Below, piece by piece: positions 61,327 through 64,000 of a stretch of DNA of 64,000 nt (positions are counted from its first letter, which is position 1; every line of letters begins with the position of its first letter). The stretch is from Patescibacteria group bacterium (lineage in GTDB: Bacteria > Patescibacteriota > Minisyncoccia > Minisyncoccales > Staskawiczbacteraceae), in NCBI GenBank assembly GCA_018829965.1, contig JAHJTG010000005.1, positions 148,774 to 212,773 of the forward strand, written 5' to 3'. The translations under genes were made by a program, and so were the position numbers. The notes below the pieces were generated by a model. That model searched no databases, had not been told where the DNA came from, and worked only from the letters and a program-made list of their open reading frames with translations.

Positions 61327-61546
61327 GATTATTTTAATTTTATAAACACAGATTCGCCCGCCAAAAATGCTTTGCATGTTTAGGCGGGTAAACTCACCTC
61401 GTTGGGGTGAGTTGTTTTATTTAATAAATGCGATACCAATAATACTAATCTGCATACCAATGATACGAATAATTTATGGTGAGTTCGTCGAACCATTAGT
61501 ATAATTGGCATGACATTCGTAGATTAGTATCGCGTTAAACAAAAAA

Positions 61547-63076
61547 ATGGATTTAATTATGTTAATAGTAATCATATTTATTGCTGTAGGTGTAGGCGTT
61601 GTTTTAGGGTATTTGGCTCGCCAGTCTATTGTCAAAAGAAGAGCTGGCACTATTGAAGCAAAACTTCATCAAAAAATAGAGCAAGTAAAAAACGAAAACA
61701 GCGTTCTTATAAAAAACGCCCAGAATAAAGCGGCTAATATTGTTAGCCAAGCGGAAAAAGAAATTGACCAAAGAAGAAGAGACTTTTTAAAGTCTCAGCA
61801 AATTTTATTAGACAGAGAAAGCCTTTTGGAAAAAAAGATAACTGCTTTTGAAATAAAAGAAGAAGATTTCCATCACAAAGCGGATAAATTAAAGGAAATA
61901 AAAGATGACTTGGAAAAATTAAGAAAAGAAGCCGAAGAAAAATTAGAAAAAGTTGCTAATTTTTCGAGAGAAGACGCAAAAAAAGAGTTATTATCTTTAG
62001 TTGAAGTTGAAATACAAAAAGAATTATTAGAAAAAGAAAGAAAGTTTAGAGAAATTGGGACGGAAAAATTTGATAAAAAAGCAAAAGAAATTTTAGCATT
62101 GGCTATCCAAAAGTGCGCTATTTCACAGGTACAGGAATTAACTACCACAACCCTTATGCTTAAGGGAGAAGATATTAAAGGAAGAATTATTGGTAAAGAG
62201 GGAAGAAATATCAGGGCGTTTGAGAGGTTAACCGGAGTTGAACTTATAGTTGATGAAACTCCGGAATCAGTAGTTATTTCCAGTTTTAATCCTATTCGCC
62301 GACAAATTGCGAAAATAGCTTTAGATAAATTAATTCAAGACGGAAGAATCCAGCCGGCAAAAATTGAGGAAAAGGTTGAAGAGGCAAAGGTTGAAGTTGC
62401 GACTAAAATTAAAGAAGCTGGAGAAAAAGCTATCTATGATGTCGGCGTTGTCGGTATGGACGACAAGCTTACTCAATTATTGGGAAGGTTATATTATAGA
62501 ACCAGTTATGGTCAAAATGTTTTACTTCATTCAATAGAGGTGGCATTTTTGGCAGAAGCAATTGCTGAAGAAATCGGAGCTAACAGCCAAATAGCAAAGA
62601 GAGCAGGTTTATTGCACGATATAGGAAAAGCAGTTGACCACCAAATACAAGGGTCGCATGTTGATATTGGTATTAAAATTTTACAGAAATTTGGGGAAAG
62701 CGAAGATATTATTAAAGCGATGAAGGCGCATCACGAAGAATACCCAGCCGAATTATTAGAAGCAATTATAGTAAAAACAGCCGATGCTGTTTCTGGCGCA
62801 AGACCCGGAGCAAGAAAAGATACTTTAGAAAATTATCTTCAGAGATTGAAAGAATTAGAAGATATTGCGACAAAATTTGATGGCGTAGATAGAGCTTATG
62901 CTATTCAAGCAGGGAGAGAAATAAGAGTTTTTGTGAAATCAGATAAGGTAGATGATTTGGGTTTACAAAAATTAGCCCGTCAAATTGCTGATAGGGTTGA
63001 GGAGGAATTAAAGTACCCTGGTGAAATAAAAGTGGTTGCGGTTAGAGAAAACAGAATAGTGGAGTATGCGAGGTAA
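61547..63076 (+). CDS. rny: Ribonuclease Y
   Basis: N-terminal TM, coiled coil, KH (IGKEGRNIRAFE) and HD (AGLLHDIGK). Confidence 0.9.
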   Translation: MDLIMLIVIIFIAVGVGVVLGYLARQSIVKRRAGTIEAKLHQKIEQVKNENSVLIKNAQNKAANIVSQAEKEIDQRRRDFLKSQQILLDRESLLEKKITAFEIKEEDFHHKADKLKEIKDDLEKLRKEAEEKLEKVANFSREDAKKELLSLVEVEIQKELLEKERKFREIGTEKFDKKAKEILALAIQKCAISQVQELTTTTLMLKGEDIKGRIIGKEGRNIRAFERLTGVELIVDETPESVVISSFNPIRRQIAKIALDKLIQDGRIQPAKIEEKVEEAKVEVATKIKEAGEKAIYDVGVVGMDDKLTQLLGRLYYRTSYGQNVLLHSIEVAFLAEAIAEEIGANSQIAKRAGLLHDIGKAVDHQIQGSHVDIGIKILQKFGESEDIIKAMKAHHEEYPAELLEAIIVKTADAVSGARPGARKDTLENYLQRLKELEDIATKFDGVDRAYAIQAGREIRVFVKSDKVDDLGLQKLARQIADRVEEELKYPGEIKVVAVRENRIVEYAR

Positions 63077-63093
63077 TCATCAAATATAAGATA

Positions 63094-63558
63094 TTAAGTA
63101 AACAAAAACCGCCTCAAGGCGGTTTTTGGCTCTATTTTGTCGCTTACTTTTAAGTTAATTTTATCCGATAGGCCACCGTTTATCTCTAAAACATATTTTG
63201 CCGGAATGCTCTGGTTGATTAACGGGCACGGATTTATTTTGCAGGGTTGATTGTTTTTACTAATAAAAACTACTTTTTTGTTTTGATTAATCCAAATAAT
63301 ATCTAATGGGATTGAAGTATTTTTCATCCAGAAAGAATAAGTTTCTTCTTTTGGAAAAATAAAAAGCATTCCTTGATTTTCATCTAGGCTTTTTCTAAAC
63401 ATTAAACCCAGTTCTCTGGTAGTGGGATTGTTAGCAATTTTTACCGCAAAGCAATTATTTCCAAAACAGACAACTGCAGTTTTTTTATATAAAAAAACTG
63501 CAACAATAGCAGTGATGATAATTATAACAGTAAATAATATAATCCAGGTTTTTTTCAT
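63094..63558 (-). CDS. DUF192 domain protein
   Basis: Start trimmed to MKKTWIILFTV (ATG 63558), because the ORF-track extension to 63675 runs through tRNA-Gly. GLMFRKSL...GMLFIFPKEETYSFWMKNTSIPLDIIWI. Confidence 0.75.
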   Translation of the reverse strand: MKKTWIILFTVIIIITAIVAVFLYKKTAVVCFGNNCFAVKIANNPTTRELGLMFRKSLDENQGMLFIFPKEETYSFWMKNTSIPLDIIWINQNKKVVFISKNNQPCKINPCPLINQSIPAKYVLEINGGLSDKINLKVSDKIEPKTALRRFLFT

Positions 63559-63573
63559 TTTAAAAAAAAGATG

Positions 63574-63644
63574 AGCGGGTAAGGGGAATCGGACCCCTGT
63601 GATCGGCTTGGAAAGCCGGTGCATGGCCACTATGCTATACCCGC
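63574..63644 (-). tRNA. tRNA-Gly (anticodon TCC)
   Basis: GCGGGTATAGCATAGTGGCCATGCACCGGCTTTCCAAGCCGATCACAGGGGTCCGATTCCCCTTACCCGCT. Anticodon loop TTTCCAA, discriminator U. Confidence 0.85.
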
Positions 63645-64000
63645 ATTTATTTGGTTTGCCGCCGATTCTATCCATCCCGCTATTCTTCTATGTAATCTTT
63701 TCCCGAATTCTTTTTTACCGCAAGATTTAATACATAAGTGTAAGGTGCCATACGGTAAATTTTGTTTTTTGGCACTAGATTTATTAGTTCTTATATCTAT
63801 CTGGGTTTTACCAAACTGTTTTTTAGGAACGTCTGTTATTTTAGACCAATAATTAATAGTTTTTTTAATATTGTTGTCTGGATAGATATGAATAGCTGGG
63901 CTAAAGTTTTCATTTTTTAAATGGCAAATTTCTTTAAACCATTTTATGGCGATTTTTATTATTTGTGGGTCAGAGTTCGCAATTCGAATATGTTCATATG
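63630..64000 (-). CDS. Paralog of the 42.5 kb HTH/LAGLIDADG-like protein; C-terminal part only (N-terminus off the right edge)
   Basis: Open minus-strand frame from the window edge: ...IANSDPQIIKIAIKWFKEI...IHIYPDNNIKKTINYWSKITDVPKKQFGK...YGTLHLCI...RRIAGWIESAANQINAGIA*. The stop at 63630-63632 lies inside the 5' end of tRNA-Gly. Confidence 0.5.
   Translation of the reverse strand, partial: YEHIRIANSDPQIIKIAIKWFKEICHLKNENFSPAIHIYPDNNIKKTINYWSKITDVPKKQFGKTQIDIRTNKSSAKKQNLPYGTLHLCIKSCGKKEFGKRLHRRIAGWIESAANQINAGIA

Noticed and set aside
63559-63675. The N-terminal extension of ORF 63094..63675 (MDRIGGKPNKCGYSIVAMHRLSKPITGVRFPLPAHLFFK).
   Set aside because: This stretch is the reverse complement of tRNA-Gly(TCC). 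The DUF192 protein starts naturally at the signal-peptide-like MKKTWIILF (ATG 63558).
1-64000. An alternative genetic code (UGA or UAA reassignment, as in some CPR lineages), and rRNA genes.
   Set aside because: All conserved genes read full-length with standard stops. The single in-frame TAA (dinD-like) is isolated and better explained as a nonsense mutation. No rRNA-like sequence was noticed.

Overview
An AT-rich bacterial chromosomal window (roughly one-third GC by eye) read with the standard genetic code; I saw no sign of stop-codon reassignment. Gene content and protein families suggest a reduced-genome Patescibacteria/CPR-type organism. The supporting evidence is small housekeeping operons, T4SS-pilin-domain proteins, lamin-tail-domain and DUF5671-like proteins, and a lone PilB. 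This taxonomic call is inference only.

The core map:
- holA', a FEN-type exonuclease, tsaE and pilB.
- ruvB, yebC, ruvC and PBP1A.
- The replication-origin neighbourhood: dnaN and dnaA on the minus strand, diverging from rpmH-rnpA-yidC-jag.
- A T4SS-like cluster: a VirB4-like ATPase, a PrgI-like protein, a VirB6-like protein and three large pilin-domain fusion proteins. It is split by a small accessory island carrying a Fic gene, an IS30 remnant and an SPFH-like gene.
- rsmA, a LysM-M23 peptidase, comM, a dksA-like gene, pnp, rpsO and cca.
- A copper operon (csoR, an HMA/TauE/cupredoxin protein, copA).
- A restriction-modification pair whose methylase is fused to a complete LexA.
- yraN, nusA, ppa, tig, clpP and rny.
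- Five canonical tRNAs (Lys-CTT, Arg-TCG, Pro-CGG, Ala-CGC, Gly-TCC).

The most unusual features:
1. Several families of hairpin or MITE-like repeats saturate the intergenic space.
   - Two families are physically tied to IVS-protein genes (GxxExxY and the four-helix-bundle protein). The short copies look like deletion derivatives of the gene-bearing copies.
   - Two other families show 4-bp target-site duplications.
   - GC-rich palindromes sit in-frame inside conserved genes.
2. The LexA-methyltransferase fusion with a convergent PD-(D/E)XK ORF.
3. A roughly 460-nt structured locus in which a canonical tRNA-Ala is nested inside further tRNA-Ala-like acceptor/T-arm modules. It may be a tmRNA.
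4. Pilin-domain fusion proteins, including a 1140-aa cysteine-rich one.

Everything is based on reading the sequence and the ORF translations. No database search was run, so family names are recollections that need HMM confirmation, and repeat boundaries are approximate to a few bp.
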